64,000 bases of DNA from Myxococcota bacterium (GTDB lineage: Bacteria; Myxococcota_A; UBA9160; SMWR01): the NCBI GenBank assembly GCA_030749415.1, contig JASMKC010000023.1:2833-66832 (forward strand), in the 5' to 3' direction. The notes beneath the pieces are model-generated. The model was not told the origin of the DNA, searched no databases, and saw only the letters and a program-made list of their open reading frames with translations. Positions 27,859 to 37,915 of this stretch are shown here, one piece after another (positions within the stretch are counted from its first letter, which is position 1; each line of letters opens with the position of its first letter). The position numbers were made by a program, and so were the translations under genes.

Positions 27859-29550
27859 TCAGCTGCTGCGCAGCACGACACCGGCGGACTCACCCTGGAA
27901 CTCTCCGTCCTTCATGAAGACCCGGCCGTTCACGAGCGTGTAGTCGTAGCCCGAGGCCTTCTGGATGAAGCGATAGGCGCCGGCGGGCAGGTCGCCGGTG
28001 TACTTGGGCAGGTGCACCCGCAACTCATCCAGGTCGATCACGTTGATGTCCGCGAACGCACCTTCACGCAGCACACCGCGGTCCCGGATGCCCAGAAACT
28101 CCGCCGGCTCTGACGTGAGCTTCTGGATCCCCCGGCCCAGCGACATCAGGCCGCGCTCGTGGATCCAGTAGCGCAGGAAGAAGGTCGAGAAGCTCGTGTC
28201 GCAGATCTGTCCCACGTGCGCACCGGAATCGGCCAGGCCCAGCATCATGTCGGGGTCGTCCAGCATCTGGCCCACCACCTCGATGTCGTAGTTGGCGAAT
28301 GGGAAGATGAAGCACGCCTGCCCGTCGGTCTCGAGGACGATGTCGATGAACGCATCGGCAGGCGTCACGCCGCGGCGCTTGGCGATCGCCCAGAGGCTGT
28401 CGTCCTCGCTGAAGTCGTAGCGGGCGTTGCCGTCCTCGACGACCAACTGGTGGATCTGCGAGAGCTGTGCCTCGCTGGTGGAGGCGTTCCCGTCGCGGGC
28501 GAGCGCGGCGCGACGCTCCGGATCGCGCAGGGCGGCGAGACGCTCCTCGATGTCGAGCTTCCCGAGGGCCATCCACTCGAGGCTCTGCTGGAAGGGGGTG
28601 ACGTTTTGCAGCCCCACGACGACACCAACCGCGCGCACCTCGGTCTGCGGCCTGAGCTTCGCGCCCTCCGCGTTCGCCGCAGCGATCTGGTCGAGGAGTT
28701 CTCGGTACAACTTCGGGTTGTCGCGAATCTGAACCACCGCGAAGGTGAAGGCGCAACCGGTCTCGGACGAGATCCGACGCATCATCTCTACGTCGCGCTG
28801 CTGCGGCTCGGCGTCGCCGCTCTCGATCGCGGACACCCAGCCGTAGATGCCGTGCCCCGCTTCTTTGATCACCTTGCCGAAAGCCATCAACTCGTCGAGG
28901 TTCGCAAAGGTCCCGGGCACTTTGCGACCATCCGACGTGGAGTGGACCAGCGAACGCGATGTCGAGAAGCCGAACGCACCATCGTTCATCGCGCCGCGCA
29001 CCGCCTCACACATCATGGAGAGTTCTGCATCGTTCGGATCGGCGCTCTCATCCATGCTGCGCTCGCCCATGGCGAGGTAGCGAACGGCCGTGTGGCCCAC
29101 GAGAGAAGCCACGTTGATCCCCATCGGGAGCGATTCGAGGGTGTCGAGGTAGGCCCCGAAGCTTCCACCGGTGAAGCGGTTGCCCTCGAGGATCGCCTCG
29201 GCCGGGATGTCTTCGACGAACTCGAGCAGCTTGACGAGGACGCCGGCCTCGTCGGGCCTGACGGGAGCCAGACTCAAACCGCAATTGCCGTTGAGCATGG
29301 TCGTGATGCCGTGGTAGCAGGGCGGAGAAGCCTTCGGATCCCACATCACCTGGGCATCCATGTGGGCGTGGAGGTCCACGAAGCCCGGCGTCACGATCTT
29401 GCCCGTCGCGTCGATGGTGAGCGCCGCGTCGCCGGATACATCGTCGATCGCAGCGATGCGATCCCCCTGAATCGCCAGATCGGCGCGCCGCGGCTCGCTG
29501 CCGGTTCCATCGACGATCTCGCCGCCCCGAATGATCACGTCATACGTCAT
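27859..29550 (-). CDS. D-aminoacylase / N-acyl-D-amino-acid deacylase-family amidohydrolase
   Basis: ATG 29550 (MTYDVIIRGGEIVDGTG). The metal motif TPGFVDLHAHMD is present, and the length fits the family. Confidence 0.8.
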   Translation of the reverse strand: MTYDVIIRGGEIVDGTGSEPRRADLAIQGDRIAAIDDVSGDAALTIDATGKIVTPGFVDLHAHMDAQVMWDPKASPPCYHGITTMLNGNCGLSLAPVRPDEAGVLVKLLEFVEDIPAEAILEGNRFTGGSFGAYLDTLESLPMGINVASLVGHTAVRYLAMGERSMDESADPNDAELSMMCEAVRGAMNDGAFGFSTSRSLVHSTSDGRKVPGTFANLDELMAFGKVIKEAGHGIYGWVSAIESGDAEPQQRDVEMMRRISSETGCAFTFAVVQIRDNPKLYRELLDQIAAANAEGAKLRPQTEVRAVGVVVGLQNVTPFQQSLEWMALGKLDIEERLAALRDPERRAALARDGNASTSEAQLSQIHQLVVEDGNARYDFSEDDSLWAIAKRRGVTPADAFIDIVLETDGQACFIFPFANYDIEVVGQMLDDPDMMLGLADSGAHVGQICDTSFSTFFLRYWIHERGLMSLGRGIQKLTSEPAEFLGIRDRGVLREGAFADINVIDLDELRVHLPKYTGDLPAGAYRFIQKASGYDYTLVNGRVFMKDGEFQGESAGVVLRSS

Positions 29551-29792
29551 GAGAATGGGCCTTCCCCTCGCACGTTGCCTTCGAGGCCGAACGGGCCGTG
29601 GCGTGGTGCAGTTGTTTCTTCGAAACCCCGCGCTGCGCAACGCAGCCAATATGCGGTACGGCCCCGGTAACGGGCACCTTTGTCGGCTCTTAGTATATCA
29701 TCCAAACCCGGAATTTGGTTCCTTCCAGTGTTCACAGCGTGCCGGCTGCCCGCGCTCGAGCGGGACAGCGTCGAAACGCAAAGGAGACCACC

Positions 29793-30971
29793 GTGAGCGT
29801 CACCCCCGCCCTCCCCGACATCGACTTCGCCCATGCCGAGGCGCCCAACCTCCACGACCTGCTCGACGAAGTCCGCAAGCTCGGCCCGGTGGTGCCCGTC
29901 CTCTACCACGGCGAGATCACGTACCTGATCAACGCCCACGAGGAGCTTCGGCAGGCCTTCGCGGACGAAGAGCATTTCGCCTCGTCCGCCGCCTATCGGG
30001 TGCACTCAGAACCCAGCATGGGACGAACGCTGCAGGTGATGGAAGGCGACGAGCACCGGATCAATCGCCTGCTCGTCGCGCATCCGTTCCTGCCCTCCCG
30101 GGTCAAGCGCTACGTCGAGGGCTGCATCACCGAAGAGGCCACGAAGCGACTCGACGCCCTCGAAGGCAAGCGCGAGATCGAGATGGTCGCAGGCTTCACC
30201 CGTCCCTTCCCCTTCTCCGTCATCACCCGCTTGCTGGGGCTGCCCGTCCACGACGAGGCCCTGTTCCTGGAATGGGCCATCAAGATCATCGACTATCCCT
30301 GGGATCCGGAAGGGGCGCTGCGCGCACGTCATGGCTTTCAGGACTACGTGCGTCCGCTGCTAAAGCAGCGACGCGAGGATCCCTCGGACGATGTGCTCTC
30401 CCTGCTCGCAACCAGCGAGATCGAGGGACAACGCCTGACGGACGACGAGATCTTCGCCTTCTGCCTGCTGCTCTTCCCCGCCGGCTCGGACACTGCCTAC
30501 AAGAATCTCGGGAGCCTGCTCACCGCCATTCTCTCCACACCGGGCATGCGGGAACGGGTCTTCGAGAGCAGCCAGGCACGCGAGGCCCTCGTGCTCGAGG
30601 GCCTGCGCTGGCAGCCTCCGACCGCGCTGCTGCCGCGCCGCTGCAGCGCCGACACGGAGCTGGGCGGCGTGAAGCTCGAGGCCGGCACACCGGTGATCTT
30701 CGGCGTCACGGCCGCCAACAATGATCCCGCCGTCTTCCCCGAGCCACGCCGCTTCGATCCGGATCGGCCCAACCTGAACCAGCATCTCGCCTTCGGTCAC
30801 GGTGAGCACTTCTGCCTCGGCTCCCACCTGGCACGACGAGAGCTCGAGACCGCGATCAAGCTCATCTTCGAGCGATTCCCGGAGATGGAACTCATCCCCG
30901 AACGCCCGGTGGAGTTCATCGGATGCGTGCTGCGGGGGCCGCGTGATGTCTGGGTGCGGCCGACACCCTGA
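29793..30971 (+). CDS. cytochrome P450
   Basis: GTG 29793 lies 5 nt after AGGAGA. I-helix FPAGSDTA, EGLRWQPP (ExxR), haem loop FGHGEHFCLGSHLA. Confidence 0.9.
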   Translation: MSVTPALPDIDFAHAEAPNLHDLLDEVRKLGPVVPVLYHGEITYLINAHEELRQAFADEEHFASSAAYRVHSEPSMGRTLQVMEGDEHRINRLLVAHPFLPSRVKRYVEGCITEEATKRLDALEGKREIEMVAGFTRPFPFSVITRLLGLPVHDEALFLEWAIKIIDYPWDPEGALRARHGFQDYVRPLLKQRREDPSDDVLSLLATSEIEGQRLTDDEIFAFCLLLFPAGSDTAYKNLGSLLTAILSTPGMRERVFESSQAREALVLEGLRWQPPTALLPRRCSADTELGGVKLEAGTPVIFGVTAANNDPAVFPEPRRFDPDRPNLNQHLAFGHGEHFCLGSHLARRELETAIKLIFERFPEMELIPERPVEFIGCVLRGPRDVWVRPTP

Positions 30972-31056
30972 CTCTGCTGGTGGATCCGGACGCGCACGAC
31001 GCGACACCGGAAGCATCGAGAGTGCGGACCGGCGTTTCGTCCACGAGCGCTGCGAA

Positions 31057-31479
31057 CTAGCGGTCGCAGGATCCGAGTCGGCGGTAGGCCCCCACGATCG
31101 TCTGTGAATCATCGAAGAAGACAAAATCGCATCGGGAGACGACTCGATGCTCTTTCCGGCTGCCGACGTGGAGCCGCACGTCGTACTCATCGAAGCCCAC
31201 TACCAGTGGCGCACGCTTCTGCCCCAGCGCATCCAGCGCCCCCTCCGGCAGCCTCGTCTGGGCCGTACCTGTCGTCTCGGAGCCGGACTTGAGCCAGATT
31301 GTTCGGATCAGTTCGTTGTTCTGTGGTGAACTGGAGATCGCTGCAACAGATCGCGATGCTCCCCGAGGATAGGTTGCGTCGAGCCAGTGTTGGTGCTTCA
31401 GACCTGCGCAGTTGATGCTCGCCGCGATCAGAAACGTGCCAAAGAGGAGCCGAGAGGCAGCCTTTCGTTTCGAGGGCAT
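31057..31479 (-). CDS. hypothetical lipoprotein or secreted protein
   Basis: MPSKRKAASRLLFGTFLIAASINCAG looks like a signal or lipobox. It abuts the antiporter stop (alternative GTG start at 31488). Confidence 0.45.
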   Translation of the reverse strand: MPSKRKAASRLLFGTFLIAASINCAGLKHQHWLDATYPRGASRSVAAISSSPQNNELIRTIWLKSGSETTGTAQTRLPEGALDALGQKRAPLVVGFDEYDVRLHVGSRKEHRVVSRCDFVFFDDSQTIVGAYRRLGSCDR

Positions 31480-31488
31480 GCGATCCAC

Positions 31489-32928
31489 CTAGATCTTGAT
31501 GTTGCCAGTCGCGAAGAGGAAGACCGCGACGACCATGAGGATGACGATTGTGCCCGCAAGCCAGGCATCCCGTCCTGCAAAGAGCTCTCGCATCGAGAGC
31601 TCTTTATGAGCCATGTGATACAGCGGCATCCCCAGCCCAAAAAATACCACAGACATCAGGAGAAAGCTGGGTCCGGCGGCGAATAGCAACCAGATCGCGT
31701 AGAAGGTGCCCACGGTTCCGGTGACGTGAGACCAGCGCTGGCTCTCTGGGCCGCGGATGGGGAAGTGCCCACTGATACTGAGCTTCCAGAGGAACGCACA
31801 GCTAGTGAGGTAGGGAGGCAACACCATCACACCCGTGATGCTGAGCAGAAAAAGCCACGCGTTGTCCGACAGCAGCACCACGAATATCGCCAACTGCATG
31901 ATGATGCTCGACAGCCACAGTGCAGCGGCGGGTGCTCCGTGCTTGTTCTCACCCGCAACCCACTTCGGAAAGACACCGTCGGTAGCCGCCGTATGAGGCA
32001 CCTCGGCCACCAGAATCGTCCAGGCGAGCCACGCGGAGAGCAGTGCGATCAGGACACCGATGTTGACGAATACCGCACCCCAATACCCCACGATGTGCTG
32101 GAGCAGATAGGCCGTAGAGGGTGTCGTGAGCGCAGCCAGCTCCTTCTGGTGAAGGACGCCAAAAGGCAAGACCGAGAGAAAGACGTAGATCACCAAGCAG
32201 GAAAAGAGGCCGATCAAGGTCGACTGACCGACCAGTTTCGGTGTTCTGGCGTGCCGTCCGATCACGACCGCCCCTTCGATGCCAATGAAGGCCCAGAGCG
32301 TCACGAGCATCGTGCTCTTCACCTGCGACAAGATGCTGCCGAGGTGTTCTTCCTGTCCCCAGAAGTCGAACTGAAACGTGTCCCATTTGAAAGCGATCGC
32401 CGAGGCCAGGACGATGACCACCAAGGGGACGAGCTTCGCGACCGTTCCCACGACGTTGAGTGCAGCGGCGCCGGAGATTCCCCGAAGCACGAAGAAGTGC
32501 ATCGTCCAGATCAGGGCCGAGCCTCCAATGACAGATGGCAGGTTCTTGCCGTCGCCGAATACCGGGAAGAAGAAGGACAGCGTGTCCATGATGAGCACGG
32601 CGAACGCAACGTTTCCGAATGCTGCGCTGAGCCAGTAGCCCCATGCCATCTCGAATCCGACGAAGCGACCGAATGCCTCACGAGAATATTCGTATATGCC
32701 GGAGGTGAGGTCGGGTCGCTTGTCGCTCAGGCTCCGGAACGTATTGGCCAGGGAGTACATGCCGATCCCGGTGATCAGCCAAGCGATCAGGACCGCACCG
32801 AGGGCGGTGGCCGCCGTCATGTTGGAGGGCAGATCGAAGATCCCGCCGCCGATCATGGAGCTGACCACGATCGCAACGAGACCGGTCAGGCCAAGTTTCT
32901 TGTCGTTTCCTTTACGCTCGTTTGCCAT
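31489..32928 (-). CDS. basic amino acid/polyamine antiporter (APA family; ArcD/AdiC/PotE/CadB-like)
   Basis: N-terminus KKLGLTGLVAIVVSSMIGGGIFDLPSNM, about 12 TM segments, 479 aa. Confidence 0.85.
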   Translation of the reverse strand: MANERKGNDKKLGLTGLVAIVVSSMIGGGIFDLPSNMTAATALGAVLIAWLITGIGMYSLANTFRSLSDKRPDLTSGIYEYSREAFGRFVGFEMAWGYWLSAAFGNVAFAVLIMDTLSFFFPVFGDGKNLPSVIGGSALIWTMHFFVLRGISGAAALNVVGTVAKLVPLVVIVLASAIAFKWDTFQFDFWGQEEHLGSILSQVKSTMLVTLWAFIGIEGAVVIGRHARTPKLVGQSTLIGLFSCLVIYVFLSVLPFGVLHQKELAALTTPSTAYLLQHIVGYWGAVFVNIGVLIALLSAWLAWTILVAEVPHTAATDGVFPKWVAGENKHGAPAAALWLSSIIMQLAIFVVLLSDNAWLFLLSITGVMVLPPYLTSCAFLWKLSISGHFPIRGPESQRWSHVTGTVGTFYAIWLLFAAGPSFLLMSVVFFGLGMPLYHMAHKELSMRELFAGRDAWLAGTIVILMVVAVFLFATGNIKI

Positions 32929-32968
32929 CAGGTGACAACCGATCGGTGACTAGTGCGCCAAGTGACGA

Positions 32969-35269
32969 TCACGAGGTGCACATGACGTGGTACTTCCCGT
33001 CGATGACCTCGGCGCCCTCGGTCTCGTGTTCGAAGCTTGGGAAGCGCTCATCCCAGGTCTGAAGTGCCCGGAGGTAGCCGATCTGAGGGCTCTCCTGGTT
33101 TCCAAAATTCTCTCCCGACATCAGCATCGGAATTCCCGGCGGATAGGGGATGACTCCATTCGCCGCCGTCCGGCCGGCCAGGTCCTCGACGGACACCTTC
33201 TCGATCTGGTTCGAGACAATGGAGTTGTAGGCTTCACGATGGGTCATGTCGGGTGTGGGCAGCGTCGAGTAGGCCTTGTTCAGCAGGTCGCCGGGACGCT
33301 CTTCCTTCAGGTACTGGAACATCTCATCGCCCAGCTCTCGAATTCCGAGATTTGCGTATCGGTCCGGGTGCCTGGCGGCCAGATCCGGCAGCACTTCTTC
33401 GATGCGATCGTTGGCATCGTAGTGCCGCTTGAAGGAGAGGAGATTGGTCAGAAGGGTTCCCCATTTCCCCTTGGTCACGCCGATCGAGAAGATGAACATG
33501 ATCTGAAAGTCCGTTACGCGTGTGGGAACGATCCCGAAGCGGGTGAAGTAGGCGTTGACGAGCGCGGCGGGCACACCGCGCTCGAGCAGTTGCCCATCTT
33601 GGCCCATTCCCGGGGAGAGAAGGCTGACCTTGATCGGGTCGAGCATGCACCAGTCGGGGGCAATTCCATCGAAGCCGTGCCAGGTGTCCTCGGGGCGCAT
33701 GATCCATGCGTCCTGGCCCTTGGTCAGGAGTTCGCGCGGGGCATCGGCGAACTCGTAGACCTGGCCGTCGGCCGGGTCGGTCACCGAATCTGCATTCCAG
33801 GGCTTGAAGAACCAGTCGCCCGACGCGGCGAGTTGCCGCTCCATCCGTGCGACCGTTTGCCGGAAATCGACCGCCTCGTCGATGACTTCCTGGGTGAGCG
33901 ATCGGCCCCCGGGTCCGTCCATCATCGCGCTGGCGATATCGTTGGATGCGATGATGGCGTAGAGCGGCGAGGTCGTGGCGTGCATCATGTAGGCCTGGTT
34001 GAAGCGATCGTGGTCGACCGAGCCTGCACCGTCTCGGATATGGATGTACGAGGCTTGGGAGAGGGCGGCGAGGAGCTTGTGACTCGAGTGTGTCGCGAAG
34101 ACTGTCGGGCCGGTGTGGTCCGCAGGATTTCCCCGCATGGCGTAATGATCCGCGTACATCGGGTTGAATCGAGCGTATCCGTACCACGCTTCGTCGAAGT
34201 GAATCCTGTCACAGCTAGCCTGTAGGAGTTCCTGAGCGCGAGCTGCGTTGTAGCAAAGCCCGTCGTAGGTACAGTTGGTGACGACTGAGTAGACCGGCTT
34301 CGTCTGCTCGAGCGAGTTCGTCAGAGGGCTTTCGGCTGTCTTTCTGCGAAGTGCATCAGCGCTCATCTCTTCAGGGGGGATGGGCCCGATGATTCCGTAG
34401 CGGTTGCGGGTCGGAATCAAGTAGATGGGTCTCGCGCCGGTCAGGATGAGGCCTTGCTCGATGGACTTGTGACAGTTGCGATCAGCCACGACGAGATCGT
34501 CCTCTTTCATGCAAGCCTGCATGATGGTTCGGTTCGAACCCGAGGTGCCGACCACGACCGAGTAGGAGCGGTCCGCTCCGAAAACACGCGCGGCGTAGGC
34601 CTCGCTGTCGGCGACTGGACCGCTGTGGTCGAGGAGAGAGCCAAGCTGGCCGCGCTCGATGCCCATATCTGTACGGAACAGGTTCTCTCCGTAGAAATCG
34701 AAGAAGAGGCGCCCGGGGGGCAGCTTGGTGAAGGCGACTCCACCCTGGTGGCCCGGGGCGGACCAGGAATACTCTCGAACTTGGGAGTATTCGCCGAGGG
34801 CTTTGGCAAAGGGTGGCAGGAGCTGAGCGCGGTAGCGCTTCATTGCAGCGATCACTCTGCCTGCTACGAAATCTGCGGTGTCCTCGAGAAGCCAGACGTA
34901 CTCATCGACGAGTTCGGCGACTTCAAGGCTCAGGCCCCGCATCACTCCTTCGCGATCGGCCACGAGGAAAGCAGGAACCGCTGCATGCCGTTCGCGAAGC
35001 TTCTCGAGCAGTGCTCGAGCCTGCGCATGCGACGCCTCGTCATCGCGGCCGAGGTCCCAGTTCAGGAGGACGCCGCTGAGAGCTGCATCGGAGATGACGA
35101 CGGCCGCGCCGTCCCGGGTCGACAGCGCTCGCACGACATCGACGTTCCGCGCTTCGAGTTCGCGCGCCAGATCCTCTGCGGAACGTCCGAGGCTCGTGTC
35201 CAGGTGGGCCAAGCCGTCGTCCACGATCAGAGCTCGGAGTCGAATCGGCTTGTAGGTCGGATCGATCAT
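32969..35269 (-). CDS. large PLP-dependent Orn/Lys/Arg decarboxylase (AdiA/SpeF/CadA family, with N-terminal wing domain)
   Basis: ATG 35269. Motifs: VVGTSGSNRTIM, and the PLP-Lys region THSSHKLLAALSQASYIHIRDG. 766 aa. Confidence 0.9.
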   Translation of the reverse strand: MIDPTYKPIRLRALIVDDGLAHLDTSLGRSAEDLARELEARNVDVVRALSTRDGAAVVISDAALSGVLLNWDLGRDDEASHAQARALLEKLRERHAAVPAFLVADREGVMRGLSLEVAELVDEYVWLLEDTADFVAGRVIAAMKRYRAQLLPPFAKALGEYSQVREYSWSAPGHQGGVAFTKLPPGRLFFDFYGENLFRTDMGIERGQLGSLLDHSGPVADSEAYAARVFGADRSYSVVVGTSGSNRTIMQACMKEDDLVVADRNCHKSIEQGLILTGARPIYLIPTRNRYGIIGPIPPEEMSADALRRKTAESPLTNSLEQTKPVYSVVTNCTYDGLCYNAARAQELLQASCDRIHFDEAWYGYARFNPMYADHYAMRGNPADHTGPTVFATHSSHKLLAALSQASYIHIRDGAGSVDHDRFNQAYMMHATTSPLYAIIASNDIASAMMDGPGGRSLTQEVIDEAVDFRQTVARMERQLAASGDWFFKPWNADSVTDPADGQVYEFADAPRELLTKGQDAWIMRPEDTWHGFDGIAPDWCMLDPIKVSLLSPGMGQDGQLLERGVPAALVNAYFTRFGIVPTRVTDFQIMFIFSIGVTKGKWGTLLTNLLSFKRHYDANDRIEEVLPDLAARHPDRYANLGIRELGDEMFQYLKEERPGDLLNKAYSTLPTPDMTHREAYNSIVSNQIEKVSVEDLAGRTAANGVIPYPPGIPMLMSGENFGNQESPQIGYLRALQTWDERFPSFEHETEGAEVIDGKYHVMCTS

Positions 35270-35291
35270 GAAGTGTCCACTCCTTGCCGAG

Positions 35292-36782
35292 TCACCAATT
35301 GAGGCGGGACTCACCGCTCAGGTGCCAGGAAAGCGTGAATTGAAGGCGGTTATTCAGACCGCTGCGACTTGTGTTGTTGGAGGCGGCGCTCCCACGCGTG
35401 ATCTGTCGGTTGCCGAACAGGTACTCCACGCCGATATCCAGGGGTGGGATGGGGCTCCAGATCAGGTTCGCCGAGACGTAGTGTGCACGCTTGTAGATGC
35501 CCTGGTCTTCAACCGGTTGGAAGGAAGGATCGATGAATTCGGTATCAGCCCAGGTGTAGCCGTAGGTCGCCGTCGAGCGCAGCGCCTCGCGCCAGAAGTG
35601 CGTGTAGACGGCCCAGAAGGAAGCAGCCCTCACGGGTCGCAGGCTGGGGTTGGACACCGATATGGGAGCGGCGTCGAGGCCCTGGCCCTGGAGATCGTCG
35701 ATGTACGCCCCGAGCGCCTGACCACCGACCGCGCCCAGCGCGAAGCTGTCTTTTCCGGTCGTGGGCAAATAGATCTGGAGGGTGAGTCCCCAGCCGTCCA
35801 CGCTCTCGCGCATGCCGTTTCCGCTCACTTCGAGGTGGCGGTAGAGGCCCTGGAGCCAGATCGCGGTTCCGCGCGCATTCTCGTACGCGAGCCCACCGAC
35901 GACCGAGGGAACCCGATTTAGATCGTTGAATTGTGTGTCGGGAAGGGTGATGTCGCCCGGCTCATCCTCTATGCCGATGAGTAGATACAGATTCTCTGGT
36001 GAGCCGATCAGCTGATGTATCGGCACCTTCAGCCGGGCTTGGATTGGCCGGTTCTCCGGGATTGCGTTGGGGCCCTCGAAGTCGAGTGTGTGCGGGATCG
36101 TCGCTCTATTCAGAAAAAGCGTGTAGTCCAGGCCCGCTTCCAGCCAGCCCCAGCGCCCATACAGCTGGTAGACCTGGAAGGGCGCGATGCCCGTGATCTT
36201 TCCGGTCAGGTTGAACTTGGTAAAGACCTCGAAGTCACCCCAGGGCGTGGGCATTTGGAGCCAACCGTCGAGGTGACTCTGCTGGATGCTCAAACCGGTC
36301 CGGTTGTCGCGATTTGCTGCGGCGGAGCCACGCACCGGGATATTGGCCGTTACGAACCAGTTCTCGAATCCGCTTCCGGGTGTGAGGCCCACCGAATTGA
36401 AGTCGTGAATGGTGTCGAGCTGGACGGTCGTACTGAAGCCAACTCGGACAGACTTCCAAAAGGGGTTCGCTGGAGCTGGGTGTTGACTCCCGAGCCCATA
36501 GACGTCCGACCCGGAAGCATCCGAGGTGTCTGCGGCTGGATCGGAGACGCTCTCCTGGATCTCCGGAGCCTTCGGTGCCTCTCTCGAGGATCCCACTGTT
36601 TCGATCGAAGCCACATTCGGCTCGTCTTTCGAAGCAATCTCCGCTTCGAGCTGCTCGACCCGCGCTTCCAGGCGTTGAACGGCTTCTCGCAGGCTATCGA
36701 TTTCGGCAACCGACGTGTTCTCGCCCGAAGCCGTCATCGCGGGGATGAGGAAGATGAGGAGAAAGAGAAGCACGCCTCGCAA
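35292..36782 (-). CDS. outer-membrane porin with an N-terminal coiled coil (DcaP-like candidate)
   Basis: Signal peptide (M)RGVLLFLLIFLIPAMTASG if TTG 36782 is the start (the ORF extends to 36914). Coiled coil EIDSLREAVQRLEARVEQLEAEI. Beta-barrel-like C-terminus ending ...ESRLNW. Confidence 0.65.
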   Translation of the reverse strand: MRGVLLFLLIFLIPAMTASGENTSVAEIDSLREAVQRLEARVEQLEAEIASKDEPNVASIETVGSSREAPKAPEIQESVSDPAADTSDASGSDVYGLGSQHPAPANPFWKSVRVGFSTTVQLDTIHDFNSVGLTPGSGFENWFVTANIPVRGSAAANRDNRTGLSIQQSHLDGWLQMPTPWGDFEVFTKFNLTGKITGIAPFQVYQLYGRWGWLEAGLDYTLFLNRATIPHTLDFEGPNAIPENRPIQARLKVPIHQLIGSPENLYLLIGIEDEPGDITLPDTQFNDLNRVPSVVGGLAYENARGTAIWLQGLYRHLEVSGNGMRESVDGWGLTLQIYLPTTGKDSFALGAVGGQALGAYIDDLQGQGLDAAPISVSNPSLRPVRAASFWAVYTHFWREALRSTATYGYTWADTEFIDPSFQPVEDQGIYKRAHYVSANLIWSPIPPLDIGVEYLFGNRQITRGSAASNNTSRSGLNNRLQFTLSWHLSGESRLNW

Positions 36783-37194
36783 CGAGGCCCGACCAGCCAG
36801 CGATCGGACTCCGCTCTTGCTGCTGGTTGCTCCCGGCCACGGGTTCGCTTTAGTAATCGGACTGGAATTCGTTGCCAAGGCCCCCTCGCCAGGCTCCCCG
36901 CAACCGCTGCGCACGCTCGAAGGTGTCGCGCAACGACGATACCCTGTTCCGCGTAGGTTATCGAAAGAAAAAATGCGCGGAGCCTCGGGGAGCCGGCAAT
37001 CGGGAGTTCGGGGGGGGCTGCCCGAGCAGCCGCCGTGGGCGTTCGATCAGACCCCGCGCGACGGTGACGACCCGGCATAGCCCCGACCCACACCGAAAAC
37101 ACCGGGCTGCCGCGGCCACACGCAAGAACCCCAACGCGATCTCAACCCCACGGGCCACCCCAGCACTCGCAGTCCGCCCGGTACGGGCCGAGGT

Positions 37195-37575
37195 TTACTC
37201 CCCCAGCCCTCGAATCTCTTTTACCGTGACCGTGACCGCATTCTGGATCGGGGGCAGCTTGAGCCCTTTCTCCTCGATGGCCGCTGCCAGCCGATCGTAG
37301 ACGGGACCGTCCTGCGCGAGTTCGGCCGTGCCCTTGAATTGAAAGCCCTGGAATTTTTCGGGACGACAGACGTAGACAGCCACCCGCTGATTCTGCTCGA
37401 GGTTGGCTCTCGATCCCGGGCTCATGATGTCGGCAAAAGCCAGGTGGTCTTCATCCAGAACCATGATGGAGCCCTTCGGGCTCACATTGGGCTCGCCGTC
37501 GCTCGAAGCGGTTGCCACGTAGCAAAGGCCCACTTCCTCGATGAAACTCTTGTGTTCGTCTTCGATCAATCCCAT
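37195..37575 (-). CDS. pyridoxamine 5'-phosphate oxidase-family small flavoprotein
   Basis: CYVATASSDGEPNVSPKGS and the 126-aa length fit the split-barrel family. Confidence 0.7.
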   Translation of the reverse strand: MGLIEDEHKSFIEEVGLCYVATASSDGEPNVSPKGSIMVLDEDHLAFADIMSPGSRANLEQNQRVAVYVCRPEKFQGFQFKGTAELAQDGPVYDRLAAAIEEKGLKLPPIQNAVTVTVKEIRGLGE

Positions 37576-37915
37576 TGTCGCTCTCCTTGGATGGGGGTTA
37601 GTCGGAGTGGTCTCATGGCTTAGTGCAAGGATTCATCCAGCATCCAGAGTGCCATCGGCCGCAGGAAAAAGAGACATCCAATTGTCCATGGGAGCCTGCC
37701 GTCGCGATCGTTGCTGGAGGAACTGGACACGGTGATCGCGAAGAGCGGAGCCCAGAGGTCGATTTGATTCGACATCCAAACATAGAGAAAAAACGCCTAC
37801 ACGGCTTGGCTCCGACGACAGGTCGATGCATCTACGCCTGTCGAGCCTTGAATGTTCCAATCGGATTGCGGCAAGCCGTTCTGTGCGCTAGTGCATTCAT
37901 CGAGGGGTTCGACCG

